64,000 bases of DNA. It comes from Nostoc sp. DedSLP01. Lineage in GTDB: Bacteria > Cyanobacteriota > Cyanobacteriia > Cyanobacteriales > Nostocaceae. The position numbers were made by a program, and so were the translations under genes. Below, piece by piece: positions 44,492-55,101 of this stretch. The number at the start of each line of letters is the position of its first letter. The first letter of the stretch is position 1. The stretch covers positions 96,001 through 160,000 of the forward strand of contig JAVRCJ020000013.1 of assembly GCA_034530875.2 (NCBI GenBank), read 5' to 3'. The notes under the pieces are model-generated. The model made no database searches. It was not told where the DNA came from and worked only from the letters and a program-made list of their open reading frames with translations.

Positions 44492-44814
44492 ACCAATATC
44501 GTGAATACATTCAAAACTTATTAACCAAATATGCCAGTTACCAGCCTTCAGAAGAAGATGTTGAAATTCAACTAATATTCGACACGACACGAGACCATTA
44601 CCAGATTTTAGAGATTGGCTGGGATGGATATGACCGAATTTATAATTGTGCGATCCATCTCGATATCAAAGATGAAAAAATATGGATTCAGCGTAATATG
44701 ACCGATATTCAAATTGCTCAAGAGTTGACTGAGATGGGAGTACCCAAACAGGATATTGTTTTAGGACTACAACCATCACACTTTCGTCAATATACGCAAT
44801 ATGGCGTAGCGTGA
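44479..44814 (+). CDS. xisI: XisI-family protein
   Basis: IFD..RDHYQ...GW, IHLDIKDEKIWIQ, GVPKQDIVLG. Confidence 0.93.
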   Translation: MANLDQYREYIQNLLTKYASYQPSEEDVEIQLIFDTTRDHYQILEIGWDGYDRIYNCAIHLDIKDEKIWIQRNMTDIQIAQELTEMGVPKQDIVLGLQPSHFRQYTQYGVA

Positions 44815-44916
44815 GAGAATAAGCGGGATCGCATCTCTAATGTAAGATGTGTGTCACAAAGGACAACGCACTTCATTTTATCAGCAGGCGATCGCATTTA
44901 GAACTATTAGATTATT

Positions 44917-45342
44917 ATGGAAGAAAATATTCCCAAATATAAGTTATGTACAGCAAGCTCAGTTAATATAAGTGAAGCTCTAGATTACTTTGCAGACTTT
45001 ATCAAAGAAAAAATCGATTATAAAGATAAAGAAGCATATTTGTGTGTTGAAGGATCTTTGTTAAGATTCCATTGTTCTGGAATACAAAATTTAGTATTTG
45101 TTGAGATACATTGCAGTGCGATTGCACAACCAGGAACAGGTACAATTTCATTTGTAGCGATCGCAAAATTTGTTAAATTCTGTACTCTACAAAAAACAGA
45201 TATAAAAATACTGAGAAATAGCTCTATCGTTCCTTATTCTATGGGTGCGATAATGTCAGATTTTTATGGTTCTTTGGCATTCAAAAAAGCAATGCACTAT
45301 GCTTGTTATCGATATCGTATAAGTAAAGTAAAACGTGAGTAG
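44917..45342 (+). CDS. Hypothetical protein
   Basis: 141-aa ATG ORF; no recognised motif. Confidence 0.55.
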   Translation: MEENIPKYKLCTASSVNISEALDYFADFIKEKIDYKDKEAYLCVEGSLLRFHCSGIQNLVFVEIHCSAIAQPGTGTISFVAIAKFVKFCTLQKTDIKILRNSSIVPYSMGAIMSDFYGSLAFKKAMHYACYRYRISKVKRE

Positions 45343-45560
45343 AGCCTTGATTTATACAAAAGTCAATCATTTGTCTGATGAAAATCAGGCATTAAGTTAA
45401 GAGGGATGAAGTAGCGTGTATTGTCGCAAACCGCAACGCAGCTTTATTTTATCAGTAGGCGATCGCATTCCATTTATACTTTTGTTTGGAGGTAGCACAG
45501 CTGTGCTACCCTACGACGATTTGTATCTCACCAGCTTGCAATCTACTGTGGTGCAGTTCG

Positions 45561-46532
45561 TTAATATAATCCTTCTGGTGGGGAAATATCAGATCCAACA
45601 ACCACACCTGTGTTAGTAGATTTAATTCCTGGTTTAACAGTAGGGGATTCTTGTTTTAACGATTGTACAACAGAAGAAGAGTTATCTTGCTCAATTGAGA
45701 TACTTGTATTTGCTTGTTGCTGGGACATTAAACCTAATCCTCCCATTGCACCTGCAACAAGAGCTGCATAACCTACATATAAATGCGGCGGATGAATTTC
45801 CAATCCCATTCCTTTTTTAGATTGATGCGAAGAGGACTTAGTTACTGGTATAGCTGCTTGTACTGGTAAAGAAGCAGCTAAAGCAACACCATCAAGTCCT
45901 AAAGCATCTCCATAACGTCGGATAAATCCACGTAGATAAATGTCATCTGGTAATTCTTGCAAATTACCGTTTTCTAATGCTTCTATCAACTCCATGCGGA
46001 TATGAGTGTAAAAATGGATGTGGTACACAGAAAACCCTTTGGACTGACGGGTTTTTTGGAGTTGTTGCCCGATTTGACGTAGGCTATCTATGCGTTGTTG
46101 CGCTGCTTGCTCGGCTTGTTCTGCTTGAGAAATTTTCTGATGATTCAGTAATTGTAGTGGTTTTTTCCACAGCGAATTTTCTGTTGCATTTTTAGAGGGT
46201 GGTTCCTGGAGAGTGGGCTGTATTTCTGGTGAAGAATCGACTGTTTCTGTGGTTTGCTGCGTATCTGTAGCTGTCTCAACTTTTTCATATTGTTGGGCAA
46301 ATTGTCGAAATGCTAAACCGATCGCTTCTCTACCTACAGCTTTTAATATATCTTGAGCCTGATGTGTTTGTTCGCCTATTAACTTCTGCATCATCGCTAA
46401 AGCGCGTCGATAAACTCCGCTACGATGCAGTTGTACTTCTATTTCTCCTAAAAGCGATCGCACCTCATCTTGAGAAATTTCAATATTCGGATTGCCAAGA
46501 ATTTGTAAATAGTATACAGGAGTAGTAACCAT
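45561..46532 (-). CDS. RodZ-like helix-turn-helix membrane protein
   Basis: IGQQLQKTRQSKG...IEALENG....LPDDIYLRGFIRRYGDALGLD followed by a transmembrane segment. Confidence 0.8.
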   Translation of the reverse strand: MVTTPVYYLQILGNPNIEISQDEVRSLLGEIEVQLHRSGVYRRALAMMQKLIGEQTHQAQDILKAVGREAIGLAFRQFAQQYEKVETATDTQQTTETVDSSPEIQPTLQEPPSKNATENSLWKKPLQLLNHQKISQAEQAEQAAQQRIDSLRQIGQQLQKTRQSKGFSVYHIHFYTHIRMELIEALENGNLQELPDDIYLRGFIRRYGDALGLDGVALAASLPVQAAIPVTKSSSHQSKKGMGLEIHPPHLYVGYAALVAGAMGGLGLMSQQQANTSISIEQDNSSSVVQSLKQESPTVKPGIKSTNTGVVVGSDISPPEGLY

Positions 46533-46851
46533 AGGGAAAGCCTTTTATCTGAACTCAAAAAAAGAAAGTTACATTAAAACTTTACTATTTTTCGTAACTT
46601 CACCTTTGTTTTCCGGATAGTAATTGTATAATTTAAATTTTTTAATCCATCAGAAACACTGGAACAAAGGAGTGAGCATCGCAGTCAAGCTCGTAAAAAT
46701 GATACTGACATTTCTTTGATAAAAAACCTTAGGTGCGTACCAAGGGTAAGTTCCTTGAATTGTGCCTGAGAAGAAAGCGATCGCATTTATATATAAAAAG
46801 CCTGTTTGTGATTCTCATCCACAAACAGACTTAACTTTTTCACACTTGTAA

Positions 46852-47397
46852 TTAAGCTTGTTCCCAAAGCTCGCGTACACGATCGGGAAGCCAGCCAGCA
46901 ACTTCCTGAATCCGTTCTTGGGAAAGTTCGTCTTTGGTGGCAGAAAATACGCCTTTAACTGCTTGCTCTGCCGGAACGTTTGGTGGGAGTGCTCCTTCAT
47001 TAGCAACTCGTGTCAGAAATAAATTGGAATCTATACCAATGGGAGCCGGGCCTCTTAAAGGTTGACGGATTCGACTTAAAAATCCCACAATCGGATTGGT
47101 ATCTTTCCACAAATCGGCGACTTCAAACTGGAGTGCTTTCTCATCTGTAGGCACAGCTTCTCTATGCAGTTCTGCCTCAACGCGATTAATTGCATCTGTA
47201 GTCATTAAGTCGCGCATAACGCGAAACACAACTTCAGTAAAGTCTCTGGCGTCATACAAATCTGCAAATCCGCCTTGAACCATAACCTTTTCTAAAAACG
47301 AGTGATGTTCTTGTGCGATCGCTCTTTGAGTTCGAGTATCTTCAATCTCGCTGGGATCGACTTCCGGTATGTTTGTTCTAAATGATTGATCTGGCAT
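46852..47397 (-). CDS. DUF2267-family protein
   Basis: FLEKVM..GG...DA...TEVVFRVMRD and a second repeat ending LPDRVRELW; ATG at 47397. Confidence 0.75.
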   Translation of the reverse strand: MPDQSFRTNIPEVDPSEIEDTRTQRAIAQEHHSFLEKVMVQGGFADLYDARDFTEVVFRVMRDLMTTDAINRVEAELHREAVPTDEKALQFEVADLWKDTNPIVGFLSRIRQPLRGPAPIGIDSNLFLTRVANEGALPPNVPAEQAVKGVFSATKDELSQERIQEVAGWLPDRVRELWEQA

Positions 47398-47685
47398 AGT
47401 TTTTTTTGTGCTTGTTAATATTGAGTCTTTATGCTTACCTTTGTAAGGTCGCACAAATCAAAAACCCTTAGTATCATCCAGAAGTTCGAGATACTGTCTG
47501 TCCAAAAGTTAGAAATTCAGCGTTGGCTAATAACGCACATTCTAAGTTTTAGTTGATTACGAATTACGTAGCTTGCTTCTCACACCTTGGCGAGTATTAC
47601 GAACTACGAATTAGTAAAAATATTTTTTATCCGTGTCAAAAAACAGTCAAAATAGACAAGTTGGTATCAGCAGACCGGAAACAAG

Positions 47686-48483
47686 ATGGTAGAAATAACA
47701 AACATCGAAATTAACACTACAAAAGTCAAAATACCTAACAATGATTTAGAAATCGATGCTTACTTAGCTCAACCAGCACATCAAGGAACTTTTGCTGCCG
47801 TTATCGTTTTTCCTGAAATTTTTGGAATCAACAGTAACATTCGAGAGATTGCAGAACTAATCGCTAAACAAGGCTATGTAGCAATAGCCCCTGCAATGTA
47901 TCAACGTATTGCTCCCGGTTTTGAGGCTGATTTTAGCGCCGAAGATGTTGGGTTTAGTCCAGAAGCCTATCGTCTGGGGTCGGAATACTATCAACAAGTA
48001 AAGTATCAAGATATTTTAAGCGATATTCAAGCGGCGATCGCATACTTAAAAACTTTACCCAATGTTAAACAAGATGCCATTGGTGTTATTGGTTTCTGTT
48101 TTGGCGGCCATGTTGCTTACATTGCTGCAACGTTCACCGATATCAAAGCAACAGCTTGCTTTTACGGTGCTAGAATTACCAGCTCTAGTTTTGGTGAAGA
48201 GACTCCAACTATTAATCGTACCTCGCAAATTCAAGGTACTATTTATGCATTTTTTGGTACAAGAGATACATTGATTTCCCAGGAGGAAACTGAGCAAATT
48301 CAGGCAGAATTAAAGAAACATCAAATCAATCATCGTGTATTTCGATACGATGCCGGGCACGGATTCTTCGCCGGATTCTTCAAAGACAAGTATCCATTTC
48401 TCGAACAACACCCAAGTTACAATCCTGAAGCTGCTCCTGATGCTTGGCAACATGTTCTAGAACTGTTTCAAAATCACTTGTAA
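47686..48483 (+). CDS. Dienelactone hydrolase family protein
   Basis: EIFGIN, GFCFGG nucleophile motif, AGHGF. Confidence 0.93.
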   Translation: MVEITNIEINTTKVKIPNNDLEIDAYLAQPAHQGTFAAVIVFPEIFGINSNIREIAELIAKQGYVAIAPAMYQRIAPGFEADFSAEDVGFSPEAYRLGSEYYQQVKYQDILSDIQAAIAYLKTLPNVKQDAIGVIGFCFGGHVAYIAATFTDIKATACFYGARITSSSFGEETPTINRTSQIQGTIYAFFGTRDTLISQEETEQIQAELKKHQINHRVFRYDAGHGFFAGFFKDKYPFLEQHPSYNPEAAPDAWQHVLELFQNHL

Positions 48484-48543
48484 AACCTAAGAATTCACGA
48501 TTCCCAAGCCATACATAATCCAGAATAATTTTAACGAAGGCAG

Positions 48544-48600
48544 GAGGCCGTTTTTGTAACGAGGATCTATACCCCATTCCAAAAACTTTTTACCTTAAAA
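48544..48600 (+). repeat. 57-bp direct repeat, copy 1
   Basis: 52/57 identical to 59489-59545. Confidence 0.85.
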
Positions 48601-49176
48601 CGCGAGTCTTGCCACGCCAGTAGGGTATGTATTCGGTGAGAGTAAGACACCGCAGAGATTTACCGTGCGTTAGGACTATCTACCAGACTCAAATCTTTTG
48701 TGGTGATGATTTTTTGGCTTTTGTGTACACGGTAGCTGATAAATTGGGGAAAAATTCTAAAGCCGCCTTCAAAAGGGGGTTAGAGAATCTGAATGCGTAA
48801 GTCTTGACTAAATCTAATAGTATAAAATAATACTGAATTTTGTGGAAGACGGAATTTTTTAGTTTTTTGCGTAAAACATAAAACTTGAGATGAATAGTAT
48901 TACATAACAAACTTCTTATTTATAACCGGGGGACAACAACTCCTTAGTCTCCTATCTACCTAAAACTCCTTTTTCAAGCACTGCTCTAGAGTTAGTCTAG
49001 AGCAGTTTCTTATTGTATAAGCGTCAGGGTTTTGATTTACCACATTGCCAGCAATCGAATATTGTGGGTTTAATGAATAGAGACTTGGGATGCTAAAACC
49101 GCTATTAATACCAATTCTCCAAAAGGAGACAACAGATGATGACGCGGTGACGCGGAGACTGGGAGACGCGGGGATT

Positions 49177-49455
49177 TACAGCACATTGCAGCTTGGTGAG
49201 GGTAGGGGCACATAGCTATCATACGTGTCAACTTAAGCTAGAAATCGCTTCGGTGCTGGCTTCCTCACCTACCAGATAATAAATTCTCTGGCTAATAGCT
49301 CAAGTCTACTTCAGTAGACTCAAAATTTTGGGTATATTTAGTCATCTAAAGATGACTTTTGCTATGAGCAAGGGACATCAGTTCTACGTTAAGTTGACAC
49401 CAATGATAGCTATGCGCCCCTACCTGTGTACTTCATTTACTTGAAATACGCTGTA
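49177..49455. repeat. TACAGC...GCTGTA inverted-repeat element containing a REP palindrome split by a MITE
   Basis: Termini related to those at 52990-53065 and 60792-60923. Confidence 0.65.
49220..49405. mobile_element. 186-bp MITE with 8-bp target-site duplication
   Basis: TIRs CATACGTGTCAACTTAA / TTAAGTTGACACCAATG (15/17), flanked by ATAGCTAT on both sides. Confidence 0.88.
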
Positions 49456-49936
49456 TGTGTAGCTAGATTTTAGAGAATTAGATAAACATAATTAAACTAA
49501 TTTTTCTTTGTATTTCTATCTGAAAAATCAGTGTTTTCGATAATATTATCGAACCCTTTAAAATTTTACACGTGTTTAGCAACGTTGTTTCTTATTGGGT
49601 CATAAGTGTACATTTTATGAATTATGAGTTATTCTTCAAATATGATTTAATTAAGCAAATTAGACTTTATTTCTAGTTTAATGTCATAATTAGTTTCAAC
49701 AAATTTTAACGAAAATAAATTAGACAAATATTTAGCTAATAAGCATGTAAAAAGCGTGTTTTACTCTTATTAACGTACAAAGTGTAGCTCAATGTCTATT
49801 TTGTATTTTAAATACTGCTGTATTCAGGAAAATTTTTGAATATTTACCGGATTCTATTTTAATTTTTCAGAATAATAGCTCATCTACATAAATTTTGCGC
49901 TTCACCGGACTGTATTGAGCTATAAAGGAAATTGTT

Positions 49937-51124
49937 ATGACAACCCAAGTTTTTCGCGGCATTACTTACACTCAACAATTCATTCAAGAGAGTAATGAGA
50001 ATTTTTTGGGTGATGAAAGTCCAGACTGGTTTGTGGTAGTAGGTAACAACAATGTTGTGAATACGGGAGATAGTAATGATGTTGTTTTACTAGGAAGAAG
50101 TATAGATTTTATTTTTAATATAGATACTAGTATCTTTAGCGGTGAAGTTTTACAAACTAGTCCATTGCCTTGCAGTTCTAATAGAATTAACACACTTGTT
50201 AGTACTGGCAGAGGAGATGATTATGTCAGTTTGGGAGCAGGCGATAGTGAAATTTACTTGGGAAGCGGAAATAATTTTTTAGACGATTATGGTGGTGACT
50301 ATCTGTTCGATGCTGATAACAATATTATTGGCTTAGATGGTATCTCAAAATTATTTGCTTCAACTGGAATAGGTGACGATATTTTCTATTTAAGAGGATT
50401 TGCTGACCGAACAATTAATGCGGGAAAAGGTAACAACTTAATATTGTTGGGAGCTGGAGAAGCCAAAATTAATACATATTCAGGAAATGATGTTATCAGC
50501 AGCGAAGTTTCATTATTAACTTATATCTCTGCAAATAATTTGCCATCTTATAACCAAACTATAAATGCTGGCGATGGTGACAATGAAATTGCAATGATAT
50601 CTTATGGCAAAACTACAATTAGAACTGGCTACGGCGATGATTTTATTTTAGGTTTGGGAATCTCTGGTTCAACTTCTACAGATATTTATGCAGATGATGG
50701 CAACAACACAATCATTACAAATGATACCAACAGCAATATTTACTCTGGTTTAGGTAATAACTTAATTTTTGCTGGTTCAGGTGATGATAGTATCCACGTG
50801 GGAAATGGCAATAATCTGATAAATTTGCGGGGAGGAACGGTTTGTCTACCAGAAGCTTTAAGTAAGGATACAAATCTGTTTGATTCATCTGTAGACGTCA
50901 TAGGTGGAGGGAACGATAAAGTCTACTTGGGTGAAGGAACAGATACAGTGATTTTGGGAAGCAGTGGTTTTGCTACTATCTACGGTTTTGGTTACGGCGA
51001 TCGCTTAAATCTGAGTGGCTTAAACGCCAGCCTCACTCAAATCGGAAAAGACACGCTAATTAATTCATGTGGTGGTTCTTTAGCAATTCTCAAAGGATAT
51101 ACAGGTTCGGTAGATTTAGTTTAA
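49937..51124 (+). CDS. RTX/hemolysin-type calcium-binding repeat protein
   Basis: Many (T/A)GxGDDxI / GxGNNLI nonapeptides; no N-terminal signal peptide. Confidence 0.82.
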   Translation: MTTQVFRGITYTQQFIQESNENFLGDESPDWFVVVGNNNVVNTGDSNDVVLLGRSIDFIFNIDTSIFSGEVLQTSPLPCSSNRINTLVSTGRGDDYVSLGAGDSEIYLGSGNNFLDDYGGDYLFDADNNIIGLDGISKLFASTGIGDDIFYLRGFADRTINAGKGNNLILLGAGEAKINTYSGNDVISSEVSLLTYISANNLPSYNQTINAGDGDNEIAMISYGKTTIRTGYGDDFILGLGISGSTSTDIYADDGNNTIITNDTNSNIYSGLGNNLIFAGSGDDSIHVGNGNNLINLRGGTVCLPEALSKDTNLFDSSVDVIGGGNDKVYLGEGTDTVILGSSGFATIYGFGYGDRLNLSGLNASLTQIGKDTLINSCGGSLAILKGYTGSVDLV

Positions 51125-51239
51125 AAAGGTGCTGCGTGTAAGGAAATCACCGCAAATAAATTTAACTTCTGTAGGGTGCGTTGTCCCAAAGCGCAACGCA
51201 CCATAAATATGGCTGAAATAAATATATGAAAATGATGTC

Positions 51240-51527
51240 TACGACTCTTCTTAGGAACTCCTGCCGCCATAGCGTACTCTACACTGCTTTTGCCATACAG
51301 GGTACTAACTGCCCTTCTGTTTACAGCATTTCTCGGTACAATTTATCCAAACTGGAAAACGCAATATTGTAGGCACTTTCTCTTGTTCGTATCTTGTCAA
51401 CCAGACTTGAGAAGGTAGGTAAGGTGAGTTCATTGCCTAAATCTAAATCTCGAGCAATTGAATTTATACCAGCTGCACGACGCATTGCTCTTTGTAAAAT
51501 TACGGAAGTTCTTTTTCTACGAGCCAT
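51240..51527 (-). pseudogene. Decayed coiled-coil hypothetical gene (MARRKRTS... family)
   Basis: Premature TAA at 51321-51323; downstream fragments LYGKSS and EYAMAAGV lie in different frames. Confidence 0.6.
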
Positions 51528-51859
51528 AATCTACACCTTGTATTTCAGTACGGTTAATATTCTTTACCTTAAAAAACTTCTGTATAGATCGGCTTGAGAG
51601 AATTCCGGCAAATCTGCAATGGCTTTTGCTACAAGCACAGTATAAATGCGCGAATTAGTCAAATGAGAAAGTAAGTTGGGGTTTGAAAAAATAAAAGCTC
51701 ATCTTGCTTGTAGAAAACACCGAAATCAAAAAGCTAAAAGGGATTTTGAGAAAAAAATACGTTATTTTGCTAAGCAAATTTGACTTTATTTATTTTTGCG
51801 ATCGCCCCTGTCTCGATCTCATAAATATTGAACTAAAGCCGAATCTAACAGGCTGTTTT

Positions 51860-52798
51860 CTAAACCGACATGACAAAAAAGGAACTAGTTAACATTAAAC
51901 AATGCCAGCCTGTAAATAACATATAAGTTCTACGATCTGCTTGAGAAGTACGATATACCAAAATTCTTGCTGCTATGCTCCAACTTGCGATCGCCAATAT
52001 CCCATCCCATAAAAGAACAGCGAAGTGGTTTCCTGCAGGTAGCATCAAAATAATATGCACAAATAAAGGCAGCAAGCCAAATCCTAAACTCAGCACAACT
52101 CGACTAGTCATCTCTCCAAAAACAAGGGGAAAGGTCTTTCGTCCTACTGTGCGATCGCCTTCCATATCTCGCAGGTCTTGTATATGAGCCAAGACCAGCC
52201 ACACTCCAGCCAGAAATCCGATCCATTCCCAAGCAATTGCAGTTAATGGAGTAACCATTTGCCATGCCGCAGCAAAGATTGAGAATATTCCTCCTGCAAT
52301 AAATAGGTTTTTAGTTAACCAATGATGACTCAAACCTAAGCAGTCATGCACAATTACACAAAACAGTCCCAAACATGCCCATTCCAAAATTTCTAAGTAT
52401 GCCCCAAAAGCAATTAGGAGTATGATGGCGATCGCAAAACGTACCTGCGCCCCACGATATGAAACCATTCCTGAAACTAAAGGGCGATCGGGCTTATTGT
52501 GTCGATCTTCTTCAAAACCAACCAGTTGGTTTGGGATGCAGCAAGTTGTGAGACATAGCCAAAAGTAAAGTGTACTCTGTCCTAAAGTCAGCGCCCACTC
52601 AATTAATGATGATGTATGCGTATGTAGAGCAGTGCTAGTAAATACTAATCCAGGCAAAAGTACGGCTGTAATATCTCTTCTCACAAACAACCAATTGAGC
52701 CTTGCCTCATGAAACAGCAGTGTTATCACTTGATAAATATTGTCAAATTTAATACTTAAAATTAAACGCTCGATATTCTGCTGATGTACCAAATGCAT
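51860..52798 (-). CDS. UbiA-superfamily membrane prenyltransferase / possible terpene cyclase
   Basis: NQLVGFEEDRHNKPDRPL and QDLRDMEGDRTVGRKT motifs, multiple TM helices. Confidence 0.85.
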   Translation of the reverse strand: MHLVHQQNIERLILSIKFDNIYQVITLLFHEARLNWLFVRRDITAVLLPGLVFTSTALHTHTSSLIEWALTLGQSTLYFWLCLTTCCIPNQLVGFEEDRHNKPDRPLVSGMVSYRGAQVRFAIAIILLIAFGAYLEILEWACLGLFCVIVHDCLGLSHHWLTKNLFIAGGIFSIFAAAWQMVTPLTAIAWEWIGFLAGVWLVLAHIQDLRDMEGDRTVGRKTFPLVFGEMTSRVVLSLGFGLLPLFVHIILMLPAGNHFAVLLWDGILAIASWSIAARILVYRTSQADRRTYMLFTGWHCLMLTSSFFVMSV

Positions 52799-52989
52799 AG
52801 TTTGATATTAAATTCAAGATTACTATATCTATAGTTCCCCTTGTATAAAAACAATTAACAACAGCCAATAGATTGCTTAGTTAAATTTTTGACAAATTCC
52901 TACTTATTGCTTGTCTATCGTGCTTGTGCTGGGCTTCTCTGCGAGATGCTTTGCGTAGCTTGCTTCCCCGCAGGGGTACGCGCACCATA

Positions 52990-53065
52990 TACAGCACTGG
53001 TGAGGTACAGATAATCAAGCTATGCTGCCTCTACCCATGTACTTCTTTAGCTGAAATATGCTGTA
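52990..53065. repeat. Short TACAGC...GCTGTA inverted-repeat element
   Basis: TACAGC..TGAGGTACA ... TGTACTTC..GCTGTA. Confidence 0.6.
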
Positions 53066-53225
53066 AATAAATTTTCTAAATCAAAACGGATTGCTATAGC
53101 AATTTGATAATATGAACAAAAAGAGCGAATGTCTGTTTTAAAAAGTGACGCTCTACGGCAAGCCCCAAAGCGTCTACAAGCGGCTTTTCAATAATGCCCT
53201 CTTCACCACAGATAACAAAAACATT

Positions 53226-53804
53226 ATGGCAAAGCGTAAAAAAAGCAATCTTCAGTGGATTAAAGAAACGCTTGAATTAAAGCCCGATCATCGCTGGGAA
53301 TCTCCATCAGGCTACAAAATATTTGTCGCTAATCGGGGGGCTGTTCGCTTCAATGTTCCTCAAAATTGGGTTTTTGAGCCACAAGAAAAATCCTTCAAGT
53401 TCATGGATAAAAAACCGCCTAACGATGATTGCTGTCTGGAAGTATCTTTTAATCAGCTGCCCCCCCATGATTGGAGCGAGTTTCCCCTCAAATCTACCTT
53501 GAGAAAAGTCGTAGAAGACGACAGTCGCAACCCCATTGAAAAAGGAGAAATTATTACTGTCAAGCGTCAAACCGCGAGAATTGTCTGGACACAGATTAAA
53601 TTTATTGACACTCAAGAAGAACCACGGGAAGCTTTTTCTCGAATTTGTATTGGTTTAGGATCGAATGTTCAGTGCTTGATTACATTTGATTATTGGACAG
53701 ACCAAGCAGAACAACTAATACCCGTTTGGGATGAAGTAATGCGTAGTCTGACACTAGGATTGTATATCCGCGACCCCATGACTGGTCTGGCTTTCCCAGA
53801 CTAA
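53226..53804 (+). CDS. Hypothetical protein
   Basis: ATG at 53226 (MAKRKKSNL...), 192 aa, well-formed ORF. Confidence 0.75.
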   Translation: MAKRKKSNLQWIKETLELKPDHRWESPSGYKIFVANRGAVRFNVPQNWVFEPQEKSFKFMDKKPPNDDCCLEVSFNQLPPHDWSEFPLKSTLRKVVEDDSRNPIEKGEIITVKRQTARIVWTQIKFIDTQEEPREAFSRICIGLGSNVQCLITFDYWTDQAEQLIPVWDEVMRSLTLGLYIRDPMTGLAFPD

Positions 53805-53847
53805 AATCCAACCATCATATTGAGCTACTTATCTTTGCAAACAAACT

Positions 53848-54939
53848 CTAGCAAGGCAAATAAACACTGACAGTTGTTCCTTTTTGTGGAATGCTATCGA
53901 TTGTCAATTCACCGCCATATAAATTCACTATATGCTGAACGATAGCTAGTCCTAAGCCAGAGCCTTGCTGTTCGTAAGACTTACGATTAAATTGGAGAAA
54001 TGCGCCAAATTTTTCAATTTCTTGTGGTGTCATTCCTCGGCCATTATCAATTATATGTAATTGAAATTTGCGATCGCGGATATTAGCGATAACTTGCACT
54101 TCGCTGCTAGGCGAAGAAAATTTAAAAGCATTGTCCAGTAATTCTTCAATGATGATACTAAGTTTTTCTTCTGTTATTTTTACCGTAGATGCTTGCAATT
54201 CCAGCTTTAAATCTTTTTCTCTGCCTACTTCTCTAGCTTTTATCTGAGAAATTACATTAATAACTTTATCGCTAGAACATCGATCTGGCTGTTCTTGAAT
54301 TTTACGGAATTTCTCAGGACTTTTTGCGATTAATTCCAGGTCGCTATAGAGTAAAAATCTTTGAGTTAATCGATATAATCGATTAGCAGATGTGTAAATT
54401 AATTCGGCAATTTCGATTTCTTCAGATTCAGGCATGACGTCACAATTTTCCATTAACAACTGTGACATACCAAGAATACCATTTAAAGGAGTATTCAGTT
54501 CGTGCGGTAATGACTGGGCAATATTTATTCTGAGTTCATCTAGTTTAGCTTGAGATTGGCGCTCAATTAAAGCGTGTTTCTCAAGACGAGAAGCAATCGC
54601 ACTCAGTAATTCTTCAGGTGTAAATGGTTTAGTTAAATAATCATCAGCTCCAAAATCCATACCTTTACGAAAATCTGAACGCTCTGCTTTAGCAGAGAGA
54701 AATATCAAAGGTATATTTATAGTTGCTTCGTTTTGGCGCAAAGCAGACAGTACGCTATAGCCATCTAACTCTGGCATCATGATGTCGCAGATAATTAAAT
54801 CCGGTAATTCGGTTGTAGCAATTTCTAATCCAATTCGACCGTTGGCAGCTATTAAAGTTTGAAAATCAGAAAGTTGTAAAATTTGCTGAATATTTTCTCT
54901 GACTTGAGGCTCGTCTTCTATGATTAAAATTGTGCTCAT
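53848..54939 (-). CDS. Hybrid receiver-histidine kinase
   Basis: ILIIED..DLIICD..KPF receiver; LPHELNTPL, NAFKF, DNGRG, GSGLGL. Confidence 0.92.
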   Translation of the reverse strand: MSTILIIEDEPQVRENIQQILQLSDFQTLIAANGRIGLEIATTELPDLIICDIMMPELDGYSVLSALRQNEATINIPLIFLSAKAERSDFRKGMDFGADDYLTKPFTPEELLSAIASRLEKHALIERQSQAKLDELRINIAQSLPHELNTPLNGILGMSQLLMENCDVMPESEEIEIAELIYTSANRLYRLTQRFLLYSDLELIAKSPEKFRKIQEQPDRCSSDKVINVISQIKAREVGREKDLKLELQASTVKITEEKLSIIIEELLDNAFKFSSPSSEVQVIANIRDRKFQLHIIDNGRGMTPQEIEKFGAFLQFNRKSYEQQGSGLGLAIVQHIVNLYGGELTIDSIPQKGTTVSVYLPC

Positions 54940-55101
54940 CTGCAAATGTAAATAAATTATTTTTCGCAAAGTTGATAAGAATTTTCTATCCAGACGAAAA
55001 TTATAGCCAACTGAGTAAATTAGCTATGATTTATAGGTAATAACAGTTTTTTCAGCCTAACCTTGATTATTAGTGAAAGATTAATTCTTAGTTAACCTCT
55101 T

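Noticed and set aside
46612..46617. TCCGGA (DIF1-like heterocyst promoter motif) upstream of the RodZ-like gene
   Set aside because: A single hexamer without a mapped start site; expected by chance in a window of this size.
48380..48910. Short ORFs around the first 57-bp repeat as a transposase remnant
   Set aside because: The frames I translated are interrupted by stops and show no transposase motif.
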